From Chthoniobacteraceae bacterium (GTDB taxonomy: Bacteria > Verrucomicrobiota > Verrucomicrobiia > Chthoniobacterales > Chthoniobacteraceae), in NCBI GenBank assembly GCA_040081625.1, contig JBEBGD010000017.1, positions 8,784-72,783 of the forward strand: a DNA stretch of 64,000 nucleotides. The letters run 5' to 3'. Of the stretch, positions 1 through 9,523 are shown piece after piece. The position numbers and the translations under genes are program-made. How positions within the stretch are numbered: the stretch's first letter is position 1; each line of letters begins with the position of its first letter. The notes under the pieces were generated by a model. The model worked only from the letters and a program-made list of their open reading frames with translations. It was not told the DNA's origin and did no database searches.

Positions 1-86
1 AGCCGCGAGTGAGTGCATCGCCGTCAGCAGGACGGCGGTGGTTGAGAGCAGGCAATAAGTCGTCATGGCGATGGTGGAGAAGCGCC

Positions 87-1712
87 TCACTTCAGGTGCG
101 TGCGGAGCTGGGTGGCGAGCGCGGCGACGCTTTCGGAATTCGCCTTTGCCACGTTCGCCGTCTCGTTGGGATCGCTATCGTGGTCGTAGAGCTCGACGAA
201 GACGGGCGTGGCGTTCTTGTCGCGCTGGTCGCGCCATTCGATGTAGCGGTAGCGGTCGGTGCGCAGCGCGTAGCCCGTGAGGTGATGCTCGAAGAGTTCG
301 CGGTCCCACGTCCTTCCCTGCTGTTTGATGATGCGGTGCTCGACCTCCTCGACGAGTGGTCCGAAGAAGGTCTCGCGCATCGCGGGTGAGAGCGGGGAAG
401 CGGCCCATTCGCGCAGCGCGGGACTAGGGAACTGGCTGAGCGCAGCCTCTTTTCCGGCCAGCTTGGGGTCGCCCAGCAGCGGCACGAAGCTGCGTCCGGC
501 CAGGTGCGCGGGCTGCGGGATGCCGGCCAGTTCGCAAAGCGACGGATAGATGTCCACGAGCTCCACCAGCGCGCGCGTGCCTTCGCCGCGGGCCTTCATC
601 TGCGGGGCACAGACGATGAGCGGCACGCGCGTTGCGATCTCATAGTTGGTGGCCTTGCCCCAGATGCCCATCTCGCCGAGGTGCCAGCCGTGGTCGCCCC
701 AGACGACGATGATTGTATTCTCGCGGACGCCCGCCTGTTCGAGAGCGGTGATCACTTTCCCGATCAACGTGTCCACGTAGCTGGTGCTCGCGTAATAGGC
801 GTGCAGGAGCGTGCGCGTGAGGTCGTCGCCCATCGGGCCGATCTTCGGGATGCCGGCGCGAACGCGAAGTTCGAACGACGGATGCAATCCAATCTGCGCG
901 CCGTCCTTCGGGCCGGTGGCCGGGGTGGGAAGTGGGATTTTTTCCCGGTCGTAGAGGTCCCAGTATTTTTTGGGAGCGACCCAGTTCAGGTGCGGCAGCT
1001 TGAAGCCGAGCCCGAGGAAGAACGGTTTCTCCGGGTTCGCTTTCACCATGTCGTTCAACGTGGCGATGGCGACCTCGGTATTCCATCCGTCGATGTAGGC
1101 GTGGTCGGGCACGTCGTAGCTTTCGTAGGCGGGGCCGCTGGCGAGTCCCTGCCTCGAGGCCTCGCCATACTTCGCGAACATTTCCTTCTGCTGCCGCTGG
1201 TGCAGCTCGTGGTTCTTTGGGTCGGCGAAAGTGTAGTTCGGCCTTTTGCGCGCGACCTTGTTCGCGGCGGGCATGCGGCTCCACGACTGCGGGTCATCAC
1301 CGGGCCGATGAAAAATCTTTCCGACCGACACCGTCTCATACCCGTGCGCCTTGAACTGCTGCGGCAGCGTGATCACGTCGGGATTCAGATCGCGGAACTC
1401 GACGTAGTTATGCGTGATCCGCGTCTGATCGGGCCGTAGCCCGGAGAGCAGGCTCGCGCGCGACGGACTGCAAATCGCCTGCTGGCAATACGCCCGATCG
1501 AAGCGCCGCCCCTCGGCCGAGAGCCGGTCGAGGTTCGGGCTTTTGACAATCTTCGATCCGTAGCAACCAAGCTCCGGACGCAGGTCGTCGATCGCGATAA
1601 AGAGGACGTTGGGCTTCACCGCCGCACTGGCCTCACGCAGAGACGCGGTGGCGCAGAGGAGGAAAAGAACGAGGGCTTCGGATCGCATGAGAAAGCTGCT
1701 TCCCGGGCTCAC
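87..1712 (-). CDS. Sulfatase (iduronate-2-sulfatase/choline-sulfatase-like), secreted
   Basis: Signal peptide; 'KPNVLFIAIDDLRP'; formylglycine motif CSPSR; 'GDHGWHLGE'. The true start may be a few codons downstream of 1712. Confidence 0.93.
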   Translation of the reverse strand: MSPGSSFLMRSEALVLFLLCATASLREASAAVKPNVLFIAIDDLRPELGCYGSKIVKSPNLDRLSAEGRRFDRAYCQQAICSPSRASLLSGLRPDQTRITHNYVEFRDLNPDVITLPQQFKAHGYETVSVGKIFHRPGDDPQSWSRMPAANKVARKRPNYTFADPKNHELHQRQQKEMFAKYGEASRQGLASGPAYESYDVPDHAYIDGWNTEVAIATLNDMVKANPEKPFFLGLGFKLPHLNWVAPKKYWDLYDREKIPLPTPATGPKDGAQIGLHPSFELRVRAGIPKIGPMGDDLTRTLLHAYYASTSYVDTLIGKVITALEQAGVRENTIIVVWGDHGWHLGEMGIWGKATNYEIATRVPLIVCAPQMKARGEGTRALVELVDIYPSLCELAGIPQPAHLAGRSFVPLLGDPKLAGKEAALSQFPSPALREWAASPLSPAMRETFFGPLVEEVEHRIIKQQGRTWDRELFEHHLTGYALRTDRYRYIEWRDQRDKNATPVFVELYDHDSDPNETANVAKANSESVAALATQLRTHLK

Positions 1713-3217
1713 GCGAGCACATCCTTGACGACGTGCCCATGCACGTTCGTCAGCCGGCGTTCGAGGCCGTTATGGTAATAGCTCAGCCGCTCGTGATCCA
1801 GGCCCATGAGGTGCAGGATGGTGGCGTTGAAGTCATAAACCTCGACCGGATTCACGACAGCCTTCGCGCCGAACTCGTCGCTCTCGCCGTAGCTGAATCC
1901 CTTCTTCACACCCGCGCCGGCGAGGAAGCACGTGAAGGCATCTGGGTTGTGATCGCGGCCGGTGCCGTTGCCTTGCAGGAAGGGCATGCGCCCGAACTCG
2001 GTGCACCACACGACCAGCGTGCGTTCGAGCAGGCCGCGACGTTTCAGATCCGCAATCAGGGCCGCCGTCGGCTGGTCCATAATCTCCGCCTGCATCGCGT
2101 GCGTCTTGAGAATGTCGGAGTGCGAATCCCAGTTCGTGATGCCGTTGCCGCCGGCGGGATCGCTGCCGTTGAAGAGCTGCACCACGCGCACGCCCTTCTC
2201 GATCAGCCGCCGCGCAAGGATGCAGTTCTTCGCATACTCGCGTTTGAGGTCCGTGCCAGTATCGGTGCCGTATTCCTTGTGGATGGATTCCGGCTCGGAC
2301 GAGAGCTGCATGACCTCCGGGACCGACATCTGCATCTTGCCCGCGAGTTCATAACTCGCGATGCGCGCGGCGAGGTCCGCGTCGCCGGGGAATTTTTCGT
2401 GATGCTTCCCGTTCAAGCGGCTCAGCAGATCCGTCGTGAGCCGGTCGTCCTTCGCGGAGAATGCCGCGGGCCGCGCGAGATTCGACGGCGGGTTCTTCGC
2501 GGTGAAATCGGTGCCCTGAAACGCAGCCGGCAGGAAGCCGCTGCCGAAGTTGTTCTTCCCCGAGCGCGCCATGCCACGCGGATCGTTGATCGCGACAAAA
2601 GCCGGCAGGTCCGACGCCTCCGTGCCGAGCGCGTAAGTCACCCACGCGCCGAACGACGGAAAGCCCTCCTGCGTGAATCCGGTGTTGAAGAAATTCTCCC
2701 CCTGCGGATGCGCGCTTGTCTGCGTGTGCAGCGAGTGGACGAAGCAAAAGTCGTCCACGAGCGCACCGAGATGAGGGAGCAAGTCGGACGTCATCTTCCC
2801 GCTCTTGCCCCGCGGTTTGAAATCCCAGAACGGCTTCGCGATGTTGCCCGTCGTTCCTTCGAAGGTGACCGGCGGAATGCCCGGCGGCTTCTGCCCGTGA
2901 AACTTCGCGAGGTCCGGCTTGTAGTCGAACGTGTCCACATGGCTGACCGCACCCGGGCAATAAATCACGAGCACCTGCTCCGCCGCCGCCGCGAAGTGCG
3001 GCGCCCGCGGCGCGTAGGGATGGTCGGGATCGATGTTCGGTCGCGCGGGTTGCTTTCCGGTGAAGGCCGAAGGATCCACCGGCGCTGCCAGCAGCCCTTC
3101 CGCCGCGAGCAATTTCGCCAGCCCGATCCCGCCGAGCGCCATGCCGGTCTGATGCAGAAAGCCGCGCCGGTCCAGTAGCGCACGCCCGACCGGGGAGAGA
3201 TGTTCGGGGCGATTCAT
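1709..3217 (-). CDS. DUF1501 domain-containing protein
   Basis: Tat-like 'RRGFL'; 'SHVDTFDYKP', 'ARRLIEKGVRVVQL', 'WDSH', 'EFGRMP', 'GRDH'. Confidence 0.93.
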   Translation of the reverse strand: MNRPEHLSPVGRALLDRRGFLHQTGMALGGIGLAKLLAAEGLLAAPVDPSAFTGKQPARPNIDPDHPYAPRAPHFAAAAEQVLVIYCPGAVSHVDTFDYKPDLAKFHGQKPPGIPPVTFEGTTGNIAKPFWDFKPRGKSGKMTSDLLPHLGALVDDFCFVHSLHTQTSAHPQGENFFNTGFTQEGFPSFGAWVTYALGTEASDLPAFVAINDPRGMARSGKNNFGSGFLPAAFQGTDFTAKNPPSNLARPAAFSAKDDRLTTDLLSRLNGKHHEKFPGDADLAARIASYELAGKMQMSVPEVMQLSSEPESIHKEYGTDTGTDLKREYAKNCILARRLIEKGVRVVQLFNGSDPAGGNGITNWDSHSDILKTHAMQAEIMDQPTAALIADLKRRGLLERTLVVWCTEFGRMPFLQGNGTGRDHNPDAFTCFLAGAGVKKGFSYGESDEFGAKAVVNPVEVYDFNATILHLMGLDHERLSYYHNGLERRLTNVHGHVVKDVLA

Positions 3218-3222
3218 TGCGA

Positions 3223-3606
3223 CTACTTGGAGGCGGCCGGCTTGGGCTTGTGCAGTTCCGTGAACTTCGCGAACTGCGAGTCGGTGAGGAATGTTTTCGC
3301 CTCGTTAAAGTAGGCGGACCATGCGTCCTTCGTCCTGGCCTTCAACTCATCCGCCGCCGCCCCGCTGGCCTTCGCTTTCGCCACCGCTTCCGTGCGAACG
3401 CTAATCGCATCGGCGAGCTTCGTCTTCTGCTCCTCGTTCAGGTCGGGGACAACGACCGTCACCTTGTCCACCTCCTTCTGCAGCCAGCCCGGAACCGCCT
3501 TCCCTTTGGCGTCCTCCGCGCGTGCATCGAGAGCGGGCAGAGCGAGGAATCCGAGCGTGGCGGCGAGGGTGAAAAGGGCAATTCTGCCGGGTGATTTTGT
3601 GTTCAT
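3223..3606 (-). CDS. Small secreted helical protein (LTxxQ/Spy-CpxP-like motifs)
   Basis: Start placed at ATG 3606 (MNTKSPGRIALFTLAA..ARA signal peptide) after an A/C-rich leader; 'LNEEQK' and 'LTDSQF' motifs. Confidence 0.7.
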   Translation of the reverse strand: MNTKSPGRIALFTLAATLGFLALPALDARAEDAKGKAVPGWLQKEVDKVTVVVPDLNEEQKTKLADAISVRTEAVAKAKASGAAADELKARTKDAWSAYFNEAKTFLTDSQFAKFTELHKPKPAASK

Positions 3607-3658
3607 GGTCTGTTGTTTGGTTGTTTGTTTCGCGGAAAGCGGGCGTTTGGGGAGTTCG

Positions 3659-6424
3659 TCACGGCAGGAACGCAAATTCGTTCGAGTTGATGAGGGTGCG
3701 GGCGACGATGGGGAGGCCGGATTCCTTTACCACGGCGACGCAGGCGGTCAGTTCGGCGTCGGTCGGTTGGCGGTTGAGAAGGAGTTGGAAACACCGGCGG
3801 ATTTGCGGCTCGGGATCGGCGACGTCGGCTTCTTTCGCAGCGCGCTCGGCGAGGAACTTCGACTGCTCGACCACGAAGTCACTGTTCATCAAGTTGAGCG
3901 CCTGGAGCGGCGTCGTGGAGACGGGGCGCTTCGGGCTGACCTGGCCGCAGTCGGGGAAATCGAACGCGGTGAAAATCTGGTCGTCCACGCGGCGCATGCG
4001 CTCCTGGTAAAGCATGCGGCGCCACGTCTCGGGGCCGTGATTGTCCACGACCTCCCACTGCGCGTAGGTCTTCTTCACGTTGTGGATGCGGTAGCTGCGG
4101 CCGCCGATCGCGGCGTCGAGCTTGCCGGAGGCTTGCAGGATGGAGTCGCGCATGACCTCGGCTTCGACGCGGCGCGGAGCAAAGCGCCACAGGAGCGCGT
4201 CGCCGGCATCGGCGTGGAGCCCGTCTTCGCGCGGAGCGCTGGACTGGCGGAACGCGTCGGTGAGCACGAGGCGGCGGATGAGGTCTTTCATGCTCCACGG
4301 CTTCGCGCCTTTGTCCTCGGGCTTCACGAATTCGGCGGCGAGGTAGTCGAGCAACTCGGGATGACTCGGCGGCGCGCCCGCTTTCCCGAAGTCGGCGGTG
4401 GTCGGCACGATGCCCGCGCCGAAGAGGTGGTGCCAGATGCGGTTCACCATCACGCGCGCGGTGAGCGGATGCTCGGGGCGCGTGACCCATTCGGCGAAGC
4501 GCTTCCGGCGCTCGGCTTCGGGCGTTTTGGAGTCGAGCCCGAGGTCGCCGTCGAGGATGGCGAAACCCGCCGGCATCACTTCGTCGCCGGGCGTTTCCGG
4601 ACTGCCTCGGCGGAGGATGTGCGTCGCGACCGGCCGTTCGAAACGGCCCACGAAGCTGTGACGCGGCCCTTCTTCCGACAAGTCATCCAAGTGCTTCTGC
4701 AATCGTGTGGATGCCGCTTTCAGCGCGCCATCCTTCTTCAGCGCCGCACGCGCCTGCTGCGTGCTCCCGATCTCCTTCCAAGTGCCGTCGTCCTGCTGCG
4801 CGAGGATGCGAACGCCGGGGAATCCGCCCTTTCCTCCCTGCTCGAGGTAGTCGGTCTCGAAGTAATATTCGCGATTCGAGCTGAAGCGGAAGCGGTTCAC
4901 CTCCAGCGCTTGCGGGAGATGAATCTCGACCCACGGCTTTTTCTTGCTCCCCGCCGGCGCCTTGGATTTCCAAATCATCGTGCCGTATTGCCCGTCGTTC
5001 GCCCTCTCCACGCCGGCTCCGGCATCAGCCATTTCCGGGTCTTCCACCAGCTTCGTGCCTGCGGAGGCGAGCGCGAGGTTCACCTTGAAATCCTTGGTGC
5101 CAAAGACTTCGAGTTCATCCACGAAAAGCATCGGGCGATCAAACTCCACGCGCAGCGCCTTGGTGATCGTATTCGGAAAGACGAGATCGGTGTAGCCGCC
5201 GTTATCTTCCTCCCAGACGCCGGCGCCGGTGCGCAGAATCGTGCGCTCCTTGTTCATCTGCGGATAAATCTCATTGGCCCGCTGGACGCGGGGGTGATCC
5301 TTCGCCAGCTCCGGCCGGCGCCCGCCGAAGTCCACGCCCTGAAACACGGCCGTGAGCGAGTAGTAATCCTGGATCGAGATCGGATCGAACTTGTGGTTGT
5401 GGCAGCGCGCGCAACTCACCGTCATGCCGAGCACGGAAGCGCCGACCGTCTGCATCATTTCATCGAGGCGATCTGCGCGCGCCTGGCGGATCGCCGTCGG
5501 CTCGCGACCCACCGTGGCAGCGGGCACATGCGGGCCAGCGACGAGGAATCCCGTGGCCTCACCCGCGCCCATTTGATCGCCAGCGAGCTGCTCCTGGATG
5601 AAGCGGTCGTAAGGCACGTCGGTGTTGAACGCGCGCACGACGTAGTCGCGATAGATCCACGCGTTCTTGCGGTAGAGATTCGCCTCCGAGCCATTCGACT
5701 CCGCCCAGCGGATCACATCGAGCCAGTGCTGCGCCCAGCGTTCACCGAAGTGCGGCGAGGCGAGCAGCTCATCCACGAGCGCGGGGTAAGACGTCTTCGC
5801 ATCCGCCTTTGAGTCGGTGAGAAATTTCTCCACGCGCTCCGGCGTTGGATCGAGTCCCGTGAGCAGCACCGACGCGCGCCGGATCAGCGAGCGCGGATCG
5901 GCGGGCGGATTGTAGGCGAGCTTCTTCGCGCTGAGTTTTTCGAGCAGGAAGGCGTCGATCGCTGTCGCCGCGCCCGCCTGCTGCGGAACGGCGGGACGCT
6001 TCACGGGCTGGAGCGACCAGAGATCGGTCGTTGCCTTCACGGCGGCATCCATTTGTCCCGGAATCACCGCACCCTCCGCGATCCATTTCTCGATCTGCGC
6101 GATCTGCGCCGGCGTCAGCGGATCGTCCTTCGGCGGCATCCTTGTATCCGGATCGAGACCCTTCACCGCTTCGATCAGAAAACTCGCCGCCGGATCGCCC
6201 GGAACGACGCCCGGTTCGCCGGAGTCGCCGCCTTTCAACATCACCGCCCGCTGATCCACGCGAAACTCCCCCTTCTGCTTCTCCTGCCCGTGACACTTGA
6301 TGCAGTGCTCCTTAAAGATCGGCTGAATCTCCTTCTCAAAATCCACGCCCCTGCAGACGGCAGGCAGAACCGCAAGCAACGCGAGGTAGCAAACGGAGAG
6401 TGAACGGGTGGGGACGTGTCTCAT
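3659..6424 (-). CDS. Planctomycete cytochrome c (PSCyt1) / DUF1549 / DUF1553 protein with a central discoidin-like insert
   Basis: Signal peptide from ATG 6424; heme motifs CIKCH and CARCH; 'GERWAQHWLD', 'ARVMVNRIW', 'PSHPELLD', 'QALNLMN', C-terminal 'NSNEF'. Confidence 0.92.
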   Translation of the reverse strand: MRHVPTRSLSVCYLALLAVLPAVCRGVDFEKEIQPIFKEHCIKCHGQEKQKGEFRVDQRAVMLKGGDSGEPGVVPGDPAASFLIEAVKGLDPDTRMPPKDDPLTPAQIAQIEKWIAEGAVIPGQMDAAVKATTDLWSLQPVKRPAVPQQAGAATAIDAFLLEKLSAKKLAYNPPADPRSLIRRASVLLTGLDPTPERVEKFLTDSKADAKTSYPALVDELLASPHFGERWAQHWLDVIRWAESNGSEANLYRKNAWIYRDYVVRAFNTDVPYDRFIQEQLAGDQMGAGEATGFLVAGPHVPAATVGREPTAIRQARADRLDEMMQTVGASVLGMTVSCARCHNHKFDPISIQDYYSLTAVFQGVDFGGRRPELAKDHPRVQRANEIYPQMNKERTILRTGAGVWEEDNGGYTDLVFPNTITKALRVEFDRPMLFVDELEVFGTKDFKVNLALASAGTKLVEDPEMADAGAGVERANDGQYGTMIWKSKAPAGSKKKPWVEIHLPQALEVNRFRFSSNREYYFETDYLEQGGKGGFPGVRILAQQDDGTWKEIGSTQQARAALKKDGALKAASTRLQKHLDDLSEEGPRHSFVGRFERPVATHILRRGSPETPGDEVMPAGFAILDGDLGLDSKTPEAERRKRFAEWVTRPEHPLTARVMVNRIWHHLFGAGIVPTTADFGKAGAPPSHPELLDYLAAEFVKPEDKGAKPWSMKDLIRRLVLTDAFRQSSAPREDGLHADAGDALLWRFAPRRVEAEVMRDSILQASGKLDAAIGGRSYRIHNVKKTYAQWEVVDNHGPETWRRMLYQERMRRVDDQIFTAFDFPDCGQVSPKRPVSTTPLQALNLMNSDFVVEQSKFLAERAAKEADVADPEPQIRRCFQLLLNRQPTDAELTACVAVVKESGLPIVARTLINSNEFAFLP

Positions 6425-6547
6425 CGTGGAAACACTACCGATCCCGAAAAAACTAACGCGGAAAAAGTCCCGCGACCGGAGATTCCGGCTCAACCCCGCC
6501 GGACACGGCTTCGGAACTTGCGAGTTCATCCGTGCGAAGTCCGCACA

Positions 6548-8095
6548 TCACCACGCCTTCTCACGCACCTTCATCAGCTCGGGGTATCTCTCGTCCACGT
6601 CGCCGACTTGCTCCTTCACGCGCAGAAGTTCCTTTTTCAAATCGTCGCGCACCTTCGCGTATTTAGCCTCGGCATGGACGGTGCGCAGCTCCATCGGGTC
6701 TTTGCGCAGGTCGTAAAGTTCCCATCCGGGCGTGGTCGGAGGATGCGGGGCCTTGGCGAAGATCTCCGCGTCGAGCGGCAGCCCGTAGAAGAAGATGAGT
6801 TTGTGGTCCTTCGTGCGGATGCCGTAGTGCGCCGGGTTGTCGTGATGCTCCATGTGCATCCAGTAGCGGTAGTAGGTTGCCTTGCGCCAATCGGCGGGCT
6901 CGGGCTCGCCGCGCAGCATCGGCAGGAAGCTGCGGCCCTGCATCGTCGGGGGCGTGGGTGCGCCGGCGGCAGCGAGCAGCGTGGGGGCGAAGTCGGAGTT
7001 GTTGATCAGCGCGTCGGATTTGGTGCCGGCTTTGATCAGCCGCGGATACCGCGCGATGAAGGGCATGCGCAGCGACTCCTCATACATCCAGCGTTTGTCG
7101 ATGTAGTCGTGCTCGCCGAGCATGAAGCCCTGGTCGGACGTGTAGATGATGAGCGTATTGTCGAGCTGGCCGGACTTTTCGAGGTAGTCCAGCAACCGCG
7201 CGACGTTGTCGTCCACGCCGCGCACGCAGCGCAGGTATTTCTTGAGGTAACGCTGATAGGCGGCGCGCTTGTATTCGTCGTCGGGCAGGCTCGGATCGAC
7301 GAACATGTGCATGCCCATGTTGCGCCGCATGTTTCGCTTTCCGACCGACGTGCCCGTGCCCTGCGTCGCCTCGGAACCGTAGTTGGGAGTGGTCCACAGG
7401 CTCTCCGGTTCGGGGATTTTCACGTCGTCGTAGAGAAAGTCGTAACGCTCGGCGTTCTCGAAGTTGTCATGCGGTGCCTTGAAGTGGTGCATGAGAAAAA
7501 ACGGTTTGCCGGACTTGCGGCTCTCCAGCCACGCGAGCGAGATGTCCGTCACGGCGTCGCTCTCGTGCGTGGAATCGGAGCCCGCGACGCGGCGGGTATT
7601 TTGCGGCCAAGGCTTCGGCCCGCGTTCGAGGTAGAGCGGGTTGAAGTAGGAGCCCTGGCCCGGATAGACGCTGTAGTAATCGAACGCGGTGGGCTCCGCC
7701 TCGAGGTGCCACTTGCCGACCATCGCCGTCTCGTATCCCGCGGCTTTCATGAGCATCGGCAGCGCCTGCCTTGCCTCCGGCAGCGAGCCGATGAGCGTGC
7801 GGATGCCGTTCACATGGCTGTATTGGCCGGTGAGGATTGTCGCGCGGCTCGGCGTGCAGATCGAGTTGGTGCAAAAGGCGTTCGTGAGCATCGCGCCCTC
7901 CCGTGCGAGCCGGTCGATTGTCGGCGTCGGATTCAGCGTGGCGAGCCGTCCGCTGTATGCACCGATCGCGCCCGCCGCATGATCGTCGGACATGATGTAG
8001 AGAATGTTCGGCTGGTCCGCGGCACGAAGCGGAATGGAGGCAAGAAATGCGAACGCGAGGAGACGAAGATGCATCATCCGGAGCCGAGGCATCAC
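6548..8095 (-). CDS. Sulfatase (N-acetylglucosamine-6-sulfatase-like)
   Basis: 'PNILYIMSDDH'; CTPSR motif; 'GKWHL', 'FKAPH', 'SDQGFMLGEH', 'DKRWMYEES'. Confidence 0.93.
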   Translation of the reverse strand: MMPRLRMMHLRLLAFAFLASIPLRAADQPNILYIMSDDHAAGAIGAYSGRLATLNPTPTIDRLAREGAMLTNAFCTNSICTPSRATILTGQYSHVNGIRTLIGSLPEARQALPMLMKAAGYETAMVGKWHLEAEPTAFDYYSVYPGQGSYFNPLYLERGPKPWPQNTRRVAGSDSTHESDAVTDISLAWLESRKSGKPFFLMHHFKAPHDNFENAERYDFLYDDVKIPEPESLWTTPNYGSEATQGTGTSVGKRNMRRNMGMHMFVDPSLPDDEYKRAAYQRYLKKYLRCVRGVDDNVARLLDYLEKSGQLDNTLIIYTSDQGFMLGEHDYIDKRWMYEESLRMPFIARYPRLIKAGTKSDALINNSDFAPTLLAAAGAPTPPTMQGRSFLPMLRGEPEPADWRKATYYRYWMHMEHHDNPAHYGIRTKDHKLIFFYGLPLDAEIFAKAPHPPTTPGWELYDLRKDPMELRTVHAEAKYAKVRDDLKKELLRVKEQVGDVDERYPELMKVREKAW

Positions 8096-9516
8096 GCGAT
8101 CAGTGCCTTGATCACCTGCCCGCCGAACTGGCTGAGCTGTTTGTAACGGCCCGCGTGGTAGTAGGTCAGCTTGTTGTCGTCGAGACCTAGCAGATTCAGC
8201 AACGTGACGTGCAAGTCGCGGATGGGATGGACAACGTCCACGGCTTTCAGGCCGAGTTCATCGGTCGCGCCGACGATGGAGCCCTTCTTCACGCCGCCGC
8301 CGGCGAAGAGCATCGTCATGGCTTTGTTGTTGTGGCCGCGCCCGAGGGAATAGACGCCGCCGCGCTTGTTGTTGTCGGGCGTGCGGCCGAATTCGCCGCA
8401 CCAGATGACCAGCGTGTCGTCGAGCATCCCGCGTTGCTTGAGATCGCGAATGAGCGCGGCCATGCCCCGGTCCACGCTGCGGATGCGCTCGGTGTGGGCG
8501 CGTTCGAGGTAATCGTGACTGTCCCACCCGCCACTGAAAATCTGCACGAAGCGCACGCCATTCTCGATCATCTTGCGCGCGAGCAGGCACTGGCGGCCAA
8601 ACGTGGCGGTGTCCTTTTCGTTGAGGCCATACATCTCGCGAGTCGCTTCCGTCTCGCCTTGGATGTCCACCAGCTCGGGCACTTCCATCTGCATGCGATA
8701 CGCCAGCTCATAGGTCTCCATGCGCGCGGCGAGATCCTTGTGTTCGGGATGCTGCGCGGCGTGTTGCGCGTTGAGGAATGCCATCTCGTCGAGGAAGCGG
8801 CGCTCGTGCTCCCGCGTTTTGAAGGGCTGCGAGTTGAGATCGAGAATGGGCGAGCCTTCGGGGCGCAGCCGCGTGCCTTGAAAATTCGCGGGCAGGAATC
8901 CGTTGCTCCAGTTCCGCGCGCCGCCTTGCGGAAAGGCGAGCTCGGTCATCACCACGTAGCCGGGCAGGTTTTGGTTCACCGTGCCGAGCCCGTAAGTCGC
9001 CCACGCGCCAAGCGCCGGGTCGGCGCCGAGTCGGCTGCCGGTGTTCATGTGAAAGAGCGCCTCGGGATGATTCAGCGACTCGGCCTGGCAGCCGCGATAG
9101 TTGCACAGTTCGTCGGCGACGAATGGGTCGGCGAGATACCTCCACTGGTCGCACATCTCGATGCCCGACTGTCCGGCCTTTTGAAATCCAAACGGGCTGC
9201 CGACGAAAAACTTGAACCCCGTTTCCTGTCCTTCGGCGAGCTTCGACTCGGTCTTGTGCAGCGCGCCGAGCTTCGGCTTCGGATCAAAGGTGTCCATGTG
9301 GCCCGGCCCGCCCTCCATGAAGAGCATGATGACGTTTCTGGCCTTCGCGGGAAACATCGGAGCTTTCGGCGCGAGCGGATTGGCAGGCGCAGCGAGACCT
9401 TCCTTCGCGAGCAGATCGGTGAACGCAAGCGAGCCGAGCGAGGCCCCGAGGCCGTGGAGCATCTGGCGGCGCGTGATGGCGCTGGAGACAGGGCGGGAGC
9501 AGAGTGAATGTTTCAT
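8092..9516 (-). CDS. DUF1501 domain-containing protein
   Basis: 'RRQML' Tat-like motif; 'FMEGGPGHMDTFDPKP', 'GVRFVQI', 'GWDSH', 'GEFGRTP'. Confidence 0.93.
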   Translation of the reverse strand: MKHSLCSRPVSSAITRRQMLHGLGASLGSLAFTDLLAKEGLAAPANPLAPKAPMFPAKARNVIMLFMEGGPGHMDTFDPKPKLGALHKTESKLAEGQETGFKFFVGSPFGFQKAGQSGIEMCDQWRYLADPFVADELCNYRGCQAESLNHPEALFHMNTGSRLGADPALGAWATYGLGTVNQNLPGYVVMTELAFPQGGARNWSNGFLPANFQGTRLRPEGSPILDLNSQPFKTREHERRFLDEMAFLNAQHAAQHPEHKDLAARMETYELAYRMQMEVPELVDIQGETEATREMYGLNEKDTATFGRQCLLARKMIENGVRFVQIFSGGWDSHDYLERAHTERIRSVDRGMAALIRDLKQRGMLDDTLVIWCGEFGRTPDNNKRGGVYSLGRGHNNKAMTMLFAGGGVKKGSIVGATDELGLKAVDVVHPIRDLHVTLLNLLGLDDNKLTYYHAGRYKQLSQFGGQVIKALIA

Positions 9517-9523
9517 GGCAGGT

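Noticed and set aside
1..66. Possible gene start at the window edge (minus strand; RLICLLSTTAVLLTAMHSLAA looks like a signal peptide but is out of frame with ATG 66)
   Set aside because: Too little sequence to tell a frameshift from a different start.
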